From NCBI GenBank assembly GCA_026936335.1, contig JAPMXV010000034.1, positions 620,001 to 684,000 on the forward strand: a stretch of DNA of 64,000 nt, written 5' to 3'. Both the position numbers and the translations under genes were made by a program. Under the pieces are notes generated by a model. The model ran no database searches. It was not told the DNA's origin and saw only the letters and a program-made list of their open reading frames with translations. Of this stretch, positions 31,677 through 40,546 are shown one piece after another (the stretch's first letter is position 1; every line of letters starts with the position of its first letter). This DNA is from Mantamonas sphyraenae STR306. Its lineage: Eukaryota > Protista > CRuMs.

Positions 31677-32534
31677 ATGTCGGAGACGGAGAAACCGAAA
31701 GATGAGGTGAGCAACAAGGAGCAGGAGGACAAGCAGGGAAAGGATCAGGGCGGGGACAAGGGCAAGAAGGACAAGGGGGGAGACAAGCAGGAGGGCGGCA
31801 ATGCGTCAACGGACAAGTCAAAGTCGTCAGGCGATGAAAAAGGTGCCGGAAAGAAGGACGGCAAGGAGAACAAGGAGGACAAGGGCAACACGAAGGCCGG
31901 CTCGGGCAGCAGCAGCAGCAGCAGCGGAAACGGCGGAGGTGACAAGGGCCAGGTGGAGCTGAGCGAAAAGTTTGAAGAAGCCAAAAAGGTGGCGGAGGAG
32001 GGCAAAAAGGCGATTGAGGAAGCCAAGAAGGCGGTGGAAGAAGGGCGCAAAGCGATTGCAGAGGGCGAGGCGGCCATTGTGGAGGGCAAAGCATCGTCGG
32101 ACAACGCAGGCAAGGCCATGTCGCAGAGCAGGTACATCATGCAGCAGTCGCAAAAGGTGATTGAGCAAGGCCAGAAGCTCATGCTCGCCGGCCAGGCAGC
32201 CACCAAGGCCGGTGAGGCGTCGATCCAGGAGGCCAAGAAGGCCACAGAGGCAGGCGAAAAGGCCATTGCTGCAGGTAAGGAGAGCGCACAAAAGGCCAAG
32301 GAGGCCATGGACGCGTCCAAGGCCATGATTGAGGATGTGAAGAAGGTCATCGAGGAGGGCCGCCGTCTGATTGAGGAGGGCCAGAAGGCCAGCCAAGCGG
32401 GCAAGAAGAGCATCGAAGAGGCACGTGAAGCCACAGCCAAGGGCCGCAAGGCCATCGAGAGGGCCAAGGAGACGCGTGAGCAGGCAGCCAGCGCAGGAAC
32501 AACCAGCAGCGGCAGCAGCAGCAGCAACGCCTGA
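31677..32534 (+). CDS. Hydrophilic heptad-repeat (LEA-like/coiled-coil) protein
   Basis: K/D/G-rich N-terminus followed by repeated (A/G)KKAIEE-type 7-mers. Confidence 0.7.
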   Translation: MSETEKPKDEVSNKEQEDKQGKDQGGDKGKKDKGGDKQEGGNASTDKSKSSGDEKGAGKKDGKENKEDKGNTKAGSGSSSSSSGNGGGDKGQVELSEKFEEAKKVAEEGKKAIEEAKKAVEEGRKAIAEGEAAIVEGKASSDNAGKAMSQSRYIMQQSQKVIEQGQKLMLAGQAATKAGEASIQEAKKATEAGEKAIAAGKESAQKAKEAMDASKAMIEDVKKVIEEGRRLIEEGQKASQAGKKSIEEAREATAKGRKAIERAKETREQAASAGTTSSGSSSSNA

Positions 32535-32684
32535 CCTGGAGGAGGAGGAAGAGACACAGAGAGCACACACTGTGAACGAGGCACAGGTGGAAGAGAGGAA
32601 AGGAGAGGAAAAGCACAAAAAGAAAAGCATGGTTTGTTCGTTTGCACCGCCCTGCCCTATCCTTGCCAACCAAGCAGGACCGGA

Positions 32685-33683
32685 ATGTTTGCACGCGCTG
32701 GCAAAAGGTCAACAACAACGGCGGCGGTGGTGGCGAAGCAGATGGGAGGACAGCGGTGGCGGACAATGGCAACGAGCAGCACTGGGAACACAGAAGCCGG
32801 AGAGTCGCAAGCGGGTCGACGAAATCCCCCCGACCTGGAGACGACGCGTGTGCTTGCGTTGCAGGCGGCCCTGCCCAGGGCTGTGCAACACGGATGGACC
32901 ATGGAGGCACTGGAGGCAGGAGTCGTGGATGTGATGAAGGCCAACGGGGCGGCAGCAGAAGGCAGCGGCGGACCGGCCGTGGGCATGGCTCGCTCGCTGT
33001 TTCCGCGCGGGGCCATCGAGTTGGTGGAACACTTTGTGATGAAAGCTGATTCCCGGATGAAACAGACGCTGGAGAGCAGCAACATGGCCAACATGGTGCA
33101 ACGGGAGCGGGTGGTCAAGTGTGTGCGCACGCGTCTGGAGCAACTGCTGCCCTATCTGAGTGTATGGCCGCAAGGAATGGCCATGCTGGCCATGCCCCAA
33201 CACGCCGTCGACTTTACCCTGCCCCAGTACGCACGCATGATCGACGAGATGTGGTACCAGTCGGGCGACCGTAGCGTCGACCTCAACTGGTACCTCAAGC
33301 GAGCCGCCCTCCTCGGCGTCTACTCCTCCGCCGAGCTGCACCTCATCGTCGACGACTCTACAAACTACGAAGCCACCTGGGAGTTTGTGGAGCGCCGTGT
33401 CGATGACATGGTCATGGCAGGCCAGCAACTCGGCAAGGCACAGCAGCTCGGCGAGGGCCTCTTTGGCTCTGCCATCGCCCTCCTTCAGCAGCATGCTCCG
33501 TCTGCAAACACCCTCAGCAAACTCGTGCCCAACGTCGAAACTCTGGCTTCCGTCCTGCCCAAGCCCGACGACATCCAACGCGTCGTCGAGGACAAACTCG
33601 GCAAAAAGGCAAGCGACGACGTCCGCAAGGCCGTCCACGAGGCCGGCAACGTCGGCAAGATGAAGCCTCCCATGGTTGAATAG
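32685..33683 (+). CDS. COQ9: Ubiquinone biosynthesis protein COQ9
   Basis: Motifs HGWTMEAL, LFPRGAIELVEHF, WPQGMA, IDEMWYQSGDRSVDLNWYLKRA and TWEFVERRVDD. Basic N-terminus resembles a mitochondrial presequence. Confidence 0.92.
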   Translation: MFARAGKRSTTTAAVVAKQMGGQRWRTMATSSTGNTEAGESQAGRRNPPDLETTRVLALQAALPRAVQHGWTMEALEAGVVDVMKANGAAAEGSGGPAVGMARSLFPRGAIELVEHFVMKADSRMKQTLESSNMANMVQRERVVKCVRTRLEQLLPYLSVWPQGMAMLAMPQHAVDFTLPQYARMIDEMWYQSGDRSVDLNWYLKRAALLGVYSSAELHLIVDDSTNYEATWEFVERRVDDMVMAGQQLGKAQQLGEGLFGSAIALLQQHAPSANTLSKLVPNVETLASVLPKPDDIQRVVEDKLGKKASDDVRKAVHEAGNVGKMKPPMVE

Positions 33684-33726
33684 CAATAGACCCATTTGAC
33701 CCGTTGAACATCGACACCCTCACCCT

Positions 33727-34683
33727 TCATTTCGTCAGCCACCCGCTCAGCGCCTCCACGTACTGGTCGGGGTCCTCGATGGGCCCGTAGTGCTTCAGAC
33801 CCTTGGCCGTGAACAACGTAGCGTGCGGGATGAGCTGCATGAAGCGTTTGTGATGTGCATAGGGGCAGATCTCGTCGTGCTCGCCCCACAACAGCAGCAC
33901 AGGACGCGAGGCATCCTGCCCCAGGTGCGCAATGTGCTGCTCCACATTGCGCACGGGAAAGTCGCGTGTGCAACGGCCCACGGAGATCGCAAACGCAGGA
34001 TTGTGTTCAAACTGGTCCTTCCAGCCAGCCTTGATGGTTGCCTGCAGGCCCCGGATCCGCTCGTCGTCTTTGGAAAACTCCCGTGCCGCCAGCTTGTTCA
34101 GAGTCGCCGGCACCGCGTGAGGGGCAAGCACGTCCATGAGTCCCGGAATCTGTGCCATGCGCACCGTCCATGGCAGCGGTGCAGCCAGACCTGCGGGCGA
34201 AATGGCCGCCAGGGCAGACACCCGCTCGGGGTGTGCTGCCGTAAACGCAAACGTCACCGGCCCTCCCAGCGAGTAGCCCAGCAGGGCAAAGCGTTCGTAG
34301 CCCAGCTTCGTGGTCAGCTCAAACAGCTGCGACACATACAGTTCCGCCGTGTGCGCCGTGTCTGGCGAGTCGGAAAACCCGCGTCCGTACAGATCGTAAA
34401 TCAACACGCGGTACCCCTTCTTGGCCATCTGCTCCGCCATGGGCAGGTACACTGCCGACGACGACGCAATGCCGTGCACACACACCAACCGTGGGGCACT
34501 TTTGGCCTCGGGACCAAACTCCCGGTAATGCGTGTCCCCGTACGTCGTGTGCACAAACTTGCCCGGCGCAGACGTCGACGGCGTGTACCGCCCCAGCGAT
34601 CGGATGGGCGCCGGCCCAGGCGCCAGCGTGGTGTGGTACACAATGGGAGTGAGGATCAGAAGCGCAATCACAAACGAGTTCAT
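33727..34683 (-). CDS. Alpha/beta hydrolase with an N-terminal anchor
   Basis: Motifs VCVHG, YDLYGRGFSD, GYSLGG nucleophile elbow, WGEHD and catalytic H in GLKHYG. Confidence 0.88.
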   Translation of the reverse strand: MNSFVIALLILTPIVYHTTLAPGPAPIRSLGRYTPSTSAPGKFVHTTYGDTHYREFGPEAKSAPRLVCVHGIASSSAVYLPMAEQMAKKGYRVLIYDLYGRGFSDSPDTAHTAELYVSQLFELTTKLGYERFALLGYSLGGPVTFAFTAAHPERVSALAAISPAGLAAPLPWTVRMAQIPGLMDVLAPHAVPATLNKLAAREFSKDDERIRGLQATIKAGWKDQFEHNPAFAISVGRCTRDFPVRNVEQHIAHLGQDASRPVLLLWGEHDEICPYAHHKRFMQLIPHATLFTAKGLKHYGPIEDPDQYVEALSGWLTK

Positions 34684-34752
34684 CCACAAGTGCTGTGCTT
34701 TCGCTGTGGCCGCGGTCGCGCCGCCAAACACCAAACCCCGCCAGCGTTTTGC

Positions 34753-36252
34753 ATGTCCACCCACACGCGGACGGTCGTGCAAATTCTGACGCTGACGGCC
34801 ATTGTTGCCACGTTGGCATCTGCCTCTGTGCACATTCCCATTCCTGTGCGGAGTGGGGCGCGCCCGGAACTCGTTGGAGGGACCGTCCAGGGCGCCGACT
34901 TTGCCATGCTTCTCCCCGGCGAGGTGCTCCAGCAAAAGTTTGCCCAGGAGCTGCCGTTGGTGGAACAGATGATCAAGAACATGACCCTGCCCACCACCTG
35001 CTGCTACGACAACGTGGGCGCACGTTTGGTCCACCTTGACTTCCAAGGAATCCACTGGGGCAGCATCAAGCCCGAAGGAGGCCTCAAGATCACCACCGCG
35101 GGCCTCGAGGTCCAACTGGGCGCAGAGGTTCAGGTCATTCTCAACTACAGGCTGTGCCTGCACGACGACCCCTTTGGCCACGGCTGCAGCACGCTGTTTG
35201 GATGCAAGGGCGACGGCAAGCAGGTCACCATCAACGGACTGGGCAGCCTCACCGTGGACATTGGCGCAGATGCATCGGGTAAGCCCGCTGTCCGACCGGG
35301 CCCCGTGAAGCTCAGTCTGACGGAGGCCAGCGACGACATTTGCGGCAAGATCAACGACCAGATTCGCGGCGAGCTCGGCAAGGCCGCTGGCAGCATCGAA
35401 AAGCTCATCGGACCCATTGTGGCCAAGGAAATCGCAAAGATCCTGGCCGAGATCCCGGGCACCGTCCCTGTGGGCAAGGACATCGCCGTCGAGTGGACGC
35501 TGGACAACAGCACAGAAACCCTCAATGACGCCGTTCAGGTCGTGGGTGACATGAAAGTGTTGGCCGCAAAGGACGGCAACAAGCCGGGGCCCTTCCCTCC
35601 CATTGGCGGCCTGCCCCTCGTGGCCCCCGATGCCGACGCCCATCTGCTCCTCCACGAGTGCGTGTTTTCCAACTTTGCCTGGGCCATGTTTGACGAGGGC
35701 CTCCTGACCAAGAACACCACCGTGGCCATGTTTGACGTCGAGCTCGCCCTGGCCAAGGTGCCCACCGTCTCCATTGCCGCAGGTGCTCCCGGGCCCGTCC
35801 TCCAGCTCGACGGCTCCATGACCTGGAGCAGCAACGGCACCTTTGACTTTGCCCTCGACGTCAGCATGGCCATCGACACCCAGCTCATCCTCAACGACAA
35901 GGGCGACTATGTCGAGGGCCAGCTCAAGGACGTCGACGTCGAGGACGTGGAGCTCATCGTCACCTCCAACCACACCGTCATCGACCCGGCCTGGATGAAG
36001 GAACTCGTCCAGCTGCTGATCAACACAGAGTTGCCCAAGGCCAACGCCATCCTGGCCACCCACCACCTGCCCCTCCCGTCCTTCAAGAGTTTCAAGTTTG
36101 CCTCGCCTGCCCTCGGCTTCCTCAACAACACCCTGGCCGTGTCGGGCAAGATCACACCCGAGTTTTCGCCTGCCACCGCCATGTGGCAGCAAACTCCCGT
36201 CTCCAAGGCCATTGCCTGCCCCAACATCGGAGACAAAGACAATTGCATGTGA
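34753..36252 (+). CDS. Secreted BPI/LBP-family protein, paralog B (intronless)
   Basis: Colinear with and highly similar to paralog A (e.g. LNYRLCLHDDPFGHGCSTL, CPNIGDKD); has a signal peptide. Confidence 0.78.
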   Translation: MSTHTRTVVQILTLTAIVATLASASVHIPIPVRSGARPELVGGTVQGADFAMLLPGEVLQQKFAQELPLVEQMIKNMTLPTTCCYDNVGARLVHLDFQGIHWGSIKPEGGLKITTAGLEVQLGAEVQVILNYRLCLHDDPFGHGCSTLFGCKGDGKQVTINGLGSLTVDIGADASGKPAVRPGPVKLSLTEASDDICGKINDQIRGELGKAAGSIEKLIGPIVAKEIAKILAEIPGTVPVGKDIAVEWTLDNSTETLNDAVQVVGDMKVLAAKDGNKPGPFPPIGGLPLVAPDADAHLLLHECVFSNFAWAMFDEGLLTKNTTVAMFDVELALAKVPTVSIAAGAPGPVLQLDGSMTWSSNGTFDFALDVSMAIDTQLILNDKGDYVEGQLKDVDVEDVELIVTSNHTVIDPAWMKELVQLLINTELPKANAILATHHLPLPSFKSFKFASPALGFLNNTLAVSGKITPEFSPATAMWQQTPVSKAIACPNIGDKDNCM

Positions 36253-36275
36253 CGATGAACTTCCTCCATTTTCCC

Positions 36276-39200
36276 TCACCCCGTCGCTCCATCATCGTCC
36301 ACGTCGCCCCCATACACGTCTTGTGCACTCTTGAGCGCCGTCTCGACCATGCTGTCGCTGACCTCGACCACAACCCCGGAGCTGCTCGAGCTTGCCTCTG
36401 CGTCGTCGTTCGCGGGCTTCATCGCCGTCAATTCCAGCAGCGTGTCCAGCACGTCTGCGTTGCTGCTGCTGCTCAGCTGCAGGCGTGCCAGCTGTGCGCG
36501 CAGCTCGTCCAGTCCGTCACGCATGCTCTTCACCACCGTGCTCTCCAGCGCCACACGCTCGTCGCTGCTGCCCATCTTGGTGTCCAGCACCCCGCGCATA
36601 CGCTGTTCCAGCTGCACAATCTCCAGGCGCTCCACCACCTGCGCAAACGACGGGCGGTACTCCTCGCACGATGCCCAGCAGTCCTCAATCAGCTTCTTCA
36701 GCACCTCGTGTGTGCCTGCAGGGATCGGCTCGCGGAAGTTCGGGTTGCGTACCATCTGCGTGATGATCTGCATCGCGTTCTTACCCTCAAACGGCAGCTT
36801 GCCTGTCAGCATCTCCCAAAGCAGCACTCCAAAGCTGTACACGTCTGCACTCTGGTCGTACTTCTCGCCCACCAACAACTCCACGCTCATCCACTGCGGC
36901 GTGCCCACGTTGCCCGTCATCGTGTTGCTTTGCTCACGGATGCGCGCCATGCCGAAATCGGTGATCTTGGCGTTCAGCTTCTCGTCCAGCAACACATTGT
37001 GTGGCTTCAGATCCCGGTGCACAATCTGCGGCTCAAATGAGTGCAGGTAGTTCATGCCCGCCGCAATGCCCAGAGCAATGTGCACCACCTCCTCCTCCGA
37101 CAACACCTGGTTGCGCACGTGCAGGAGGTCGTACAGCGATCCGTTCGGCACAAACTCTGTCAGAATCGACACGTTCGGCTCCTGGTTGCACACGCCCTTG
37201 AACATGATCAGGTTGCGGTGACGCACTGCTGCCAGCAGGTTCACCTCGCGCACAAAGTCCTGGTACGCCATCTCGTGCTCAAACGTCTGGAACTTCAGCT
37301 GCTTCACAGCCACCGTCTCTCCCTTGTACACCGCCTTGAACACAAACGCAAACGCTCCTTCGCCCACCTTTTCCAGCACGTTCACGTCCACAAAGTTCAC
37401 CAGCAGGCTCGTAGCAAGCTCGTCGTTGTTCCACTGCACGTCCTTGAACGCCGCAAACGTGCCCTCCTTCAGCTTCGCCTCCAGCTCAAGCCGGAACGGC
37501 TCCATGCTGTCCAACCCCTGCTGCGACTCCACGTGCGCCTTCAGCGCAGCCTCAAACTCGTCGGCTCCAACAACCCGCACCAAATCTCCATCCTTGTCCT
37601 GGTACTTGGCGTGGAACTCGTCCATGTTGATCTCCAGCTTGTGGTTCACCAGCGCCTTGAACTCGCCCAGCTTGATGGTCGACTGCACAGGGATCACGCG
37701 CGCCTCCTCACCCAGCTTGATCTTGACGTTCAGGCTCCTCGGGCCGTTCAAGCGCTCCACAAGCTCGGCGTTGGTCACAGTGCCGCTGCTGCTGCCGCTG
37801 CTACTGCCGCTGCTGCTGCCGCTGCTGCTGCCCTCGCCTCGCGTTTCCTCCACGTACTTCTGGTGACGCACGTTCCACAGCTCCTGCAGCACGTGCGAGT
37901 CCTGCCTCTGGATCGACGTGTTCAGCATCTTGTCCACGCCGTCGGAGCGCATCACCGTGCACATCTTGCGCACCTCCTCGCCAAACATCTGGCTCTTGAG
38001 CGACAGCAGACCGATGATGTGGTCCAACTTTTGCAAATCCGGGCGGTTGCGGTCCATTCGGATCTGGTGGCAGTCCACGTCCGGCAGCGTCTGCATCTTG
38101 GGGAACATCTTGCCCGGCTCGGCTCCCACCAGGAACGAGATGAACGTGATCTTGGCCGGGTACACCTCGCGCCAGTACTTGCGGAACCAGAAGCGGAAGT
38201 CGCGGTTCTCCGTGTACTTGTTCTCCACCTCATCGGTGACCACAATAAAGTGCTTGATGATCTTCTTCTCCTGCAGAAAGTCGTACATGCACGCGCCAGG
38301 GTTTGTCTTGCCACGCGGGTGCACGTGCTGCGCCATGTACACCACGTCGTTCACGTTCTGCGGCACATAAGCGGGCACGTGCGAGCGGCCGGTGAAGAAA
38401 CGCAGATCGGCTTCGCTCATCACGGCCAACAGACCCGAAATGATCGTGGCCGTGCGCACAGCCACCTCCATCGACGCCGACGCGTCACCCAACACAGCCA
38501 CCGGCGCTTCCAGGTCGATGCCTGCGTCCAAGCGCATGAGACGCTTCATCGCCACGGGCTTCAGCAGCTCCACAAACTCGGGCACGTCCTCCTCCTCCAC
38601 ACCCTCCACCAGACTCAGGATGCGCTGCATCAGCTTGCCGTAGTTTGCACGCGCGCCACGCGGCTCCTCGCCAGAACTCAGGCGCTCGTAGATGTTCTTG
38701 TCCACCTCGGGGCATGCCAGCTCCGGGTAGAACCACACCAGGTCGCCCAGGCTCATGTTGCGAGCCATCTGCAGCCGAAGACCGCTCGACAGCTGCTCGG
38801 GGTTCACAATTGTGCGCAGGAAGGAGTAAGGCACGTCATACTCGGACAGGGTCACCATGTTGTGGTGCGACTGCGCCTCGTCCTTAAAGTCCAGAGTGCT
38901 GGCAGCGTGCAGCAGCGTGCCCTCGCGCTTCTCTCCGGTAAACACATGTTCGGCAAACCCCTCCAGCTGAAAGTCCTCGGGCTTCGGGTGCACGATTTCG
39001 CACACCATGCGCCAATACACTGGGTCTTGCACCAGAGCCGAGAACAACAGCTCTCCCTTGTCCACGGTGCGGATCCACTTGCGGATGTGCTGCGCAACGC
39101 TGCGCGACACGGTACCCACACTCTCAATCTCCTGCAGCTCGCGCATCTTTGTGTTCCACTTCTTGAATGTCTTGATGCGCACCCGCGGACTCGCAAGCAG

Positions 39201-39756
39201 CTTGTTGACGCGTCGGGTCACCGCTGCCAAGCGGCGCTTGTTGTCTGCAATTTGCAACGCCTTGGCCACGTCGTACACCGAGAACTGGTTCGACGCAAGG
39301 CAAAAGTCCAACACCTTCAGGTTGCGCGTAGCAATGCACGACACAAGAATACTGTTTCCCGCCGCGTTGTGTCAGTCCCGTGCTGTGTTTGCGCCCCTTT
39401 GGCTGTGTTCCCCAGCACGGCATATTTCTGATGAACGCAAGAGCCCTCTCTCACTCTCCAACGCCGCACCCCGTCCGCACTCACTTCTTCTTGTTGTTCG
39501 GCGGCAGGATGATGTTGCGGTCCAGAATGCACACCAGAGTGGCGTCAAATGCATACGGATAGTTCTCCTGTGCCTTGACCAGCTCTGCCAGCGTCGTCGT
39601 CGTGTCCAGGAAAGTCAACTTCAGCGACTTCTTCGGCTTCTTGTGATGGTGGTGATGGTGGTGCTTGCCTGCCTTGCTGTTGTCCACCTTGATCTGATCA
39701 CGCTCCTCATCCGCGTGCGGATCGTGCTCCTCCAACTTCTGAGTGCGCGACGACAT
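36276..39756 (-). CDS. vWA(MIDAS)-like + PB1 + TKL/Raf-like protein kinase
   Basis: Motifs GDASASM and FIVVTDE; PB1 KYQDKDGDLV; kinase GEGAFA, VAVK, HRDLKPHN, DFG and GTPQWM. Intron 39352-39484 joins the upstream exon in frame. Confidence 0.85.
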
Positions 39757-39837
39757 GTTCCTCTGTTGTCAGTCCGTCGAGTGGTTTCAGGTGGCTGCTG
39801 CAGCGCGTCTGCATCCACGCCATTTTTGTATTTTCCC

Positions 39838-40532
39838 ATGTCCACGTCGGCCAAGCGACCATTGGACGAACACGGCAACGATGATTGCGTGTCGCCGTCC
39901 AACCATGACCATGACGAGGCTGAGAGTCCCAAGCGCCAACGCGCCGGCTCCGACAGTGGCGGGGACAGCCTTGTGGAACGCGTCACCCTGTGTGCATATG
40001 ACCCAGACTGCCATTTGAGTGACCTGCAGCACTTTAACCGTCTTGTGTTTCCCGTCCGCTACAGCAAGCGCTTCTACGCGCGCTTCCTGATCAGGGTGCC
40101 CTTGTCCAAGTCGCCCTGCTCGACGGCGAGCTCATTGGCAGCGTCGCCGCAAGACTGGAAGAGGTGGAAGAGCAGCAGCACGACGTGTACATCATGACAT
40201 TGGGAGTGCGTGCAGCACACCGTGGCCAGGGCCTGGGACGACTGCTGCTGCAGGCGCTCGTCAACGAGTGTCGCTCTCGCAAGGGTCTACGCCGTGCCTA
40301 TCTCCATGTGCAGACCAGCAACGACACCGCCATCGGGCTGTACACCTCGTTGGGTTTCCACATTGCCCAACGCCTCGAACACTACTACCGTCGCGTCCAG
40401 CCGCCTTCCTGTTACATCCTGGAGCTTCCCCTGGACGACGCATACACTGGGACACGCCTGTCACCGTCCTCTTCCTCCTCCTCCTCCTCCTCCTCCTCCG
40501 AAGGCAACTTGGCACCAGCTGGCCCGCGTTGA
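39838..40532 (+). CDS. NAA50: NAA50-like GNAT N-acetyltransferase (frameshift near 40090)
   Basis: Motifs NRLVFPVRYSKRFY, YIMTLGV..HRGQGLG and YLHVQTSNDTAIGLY..LGF. Confidence 0.8.
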
Positions 40533-40546
40533 CGCATCCATCGGAA

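Noticed and set aside
37041-39431. Long antisense ORFs (also 49736..51637, 52403..53929, 29248..30408, 43604..45130)
   Set aside because: These are shadows of GC-rich, codon-biased genes on the opposite strand and carry no motifs.
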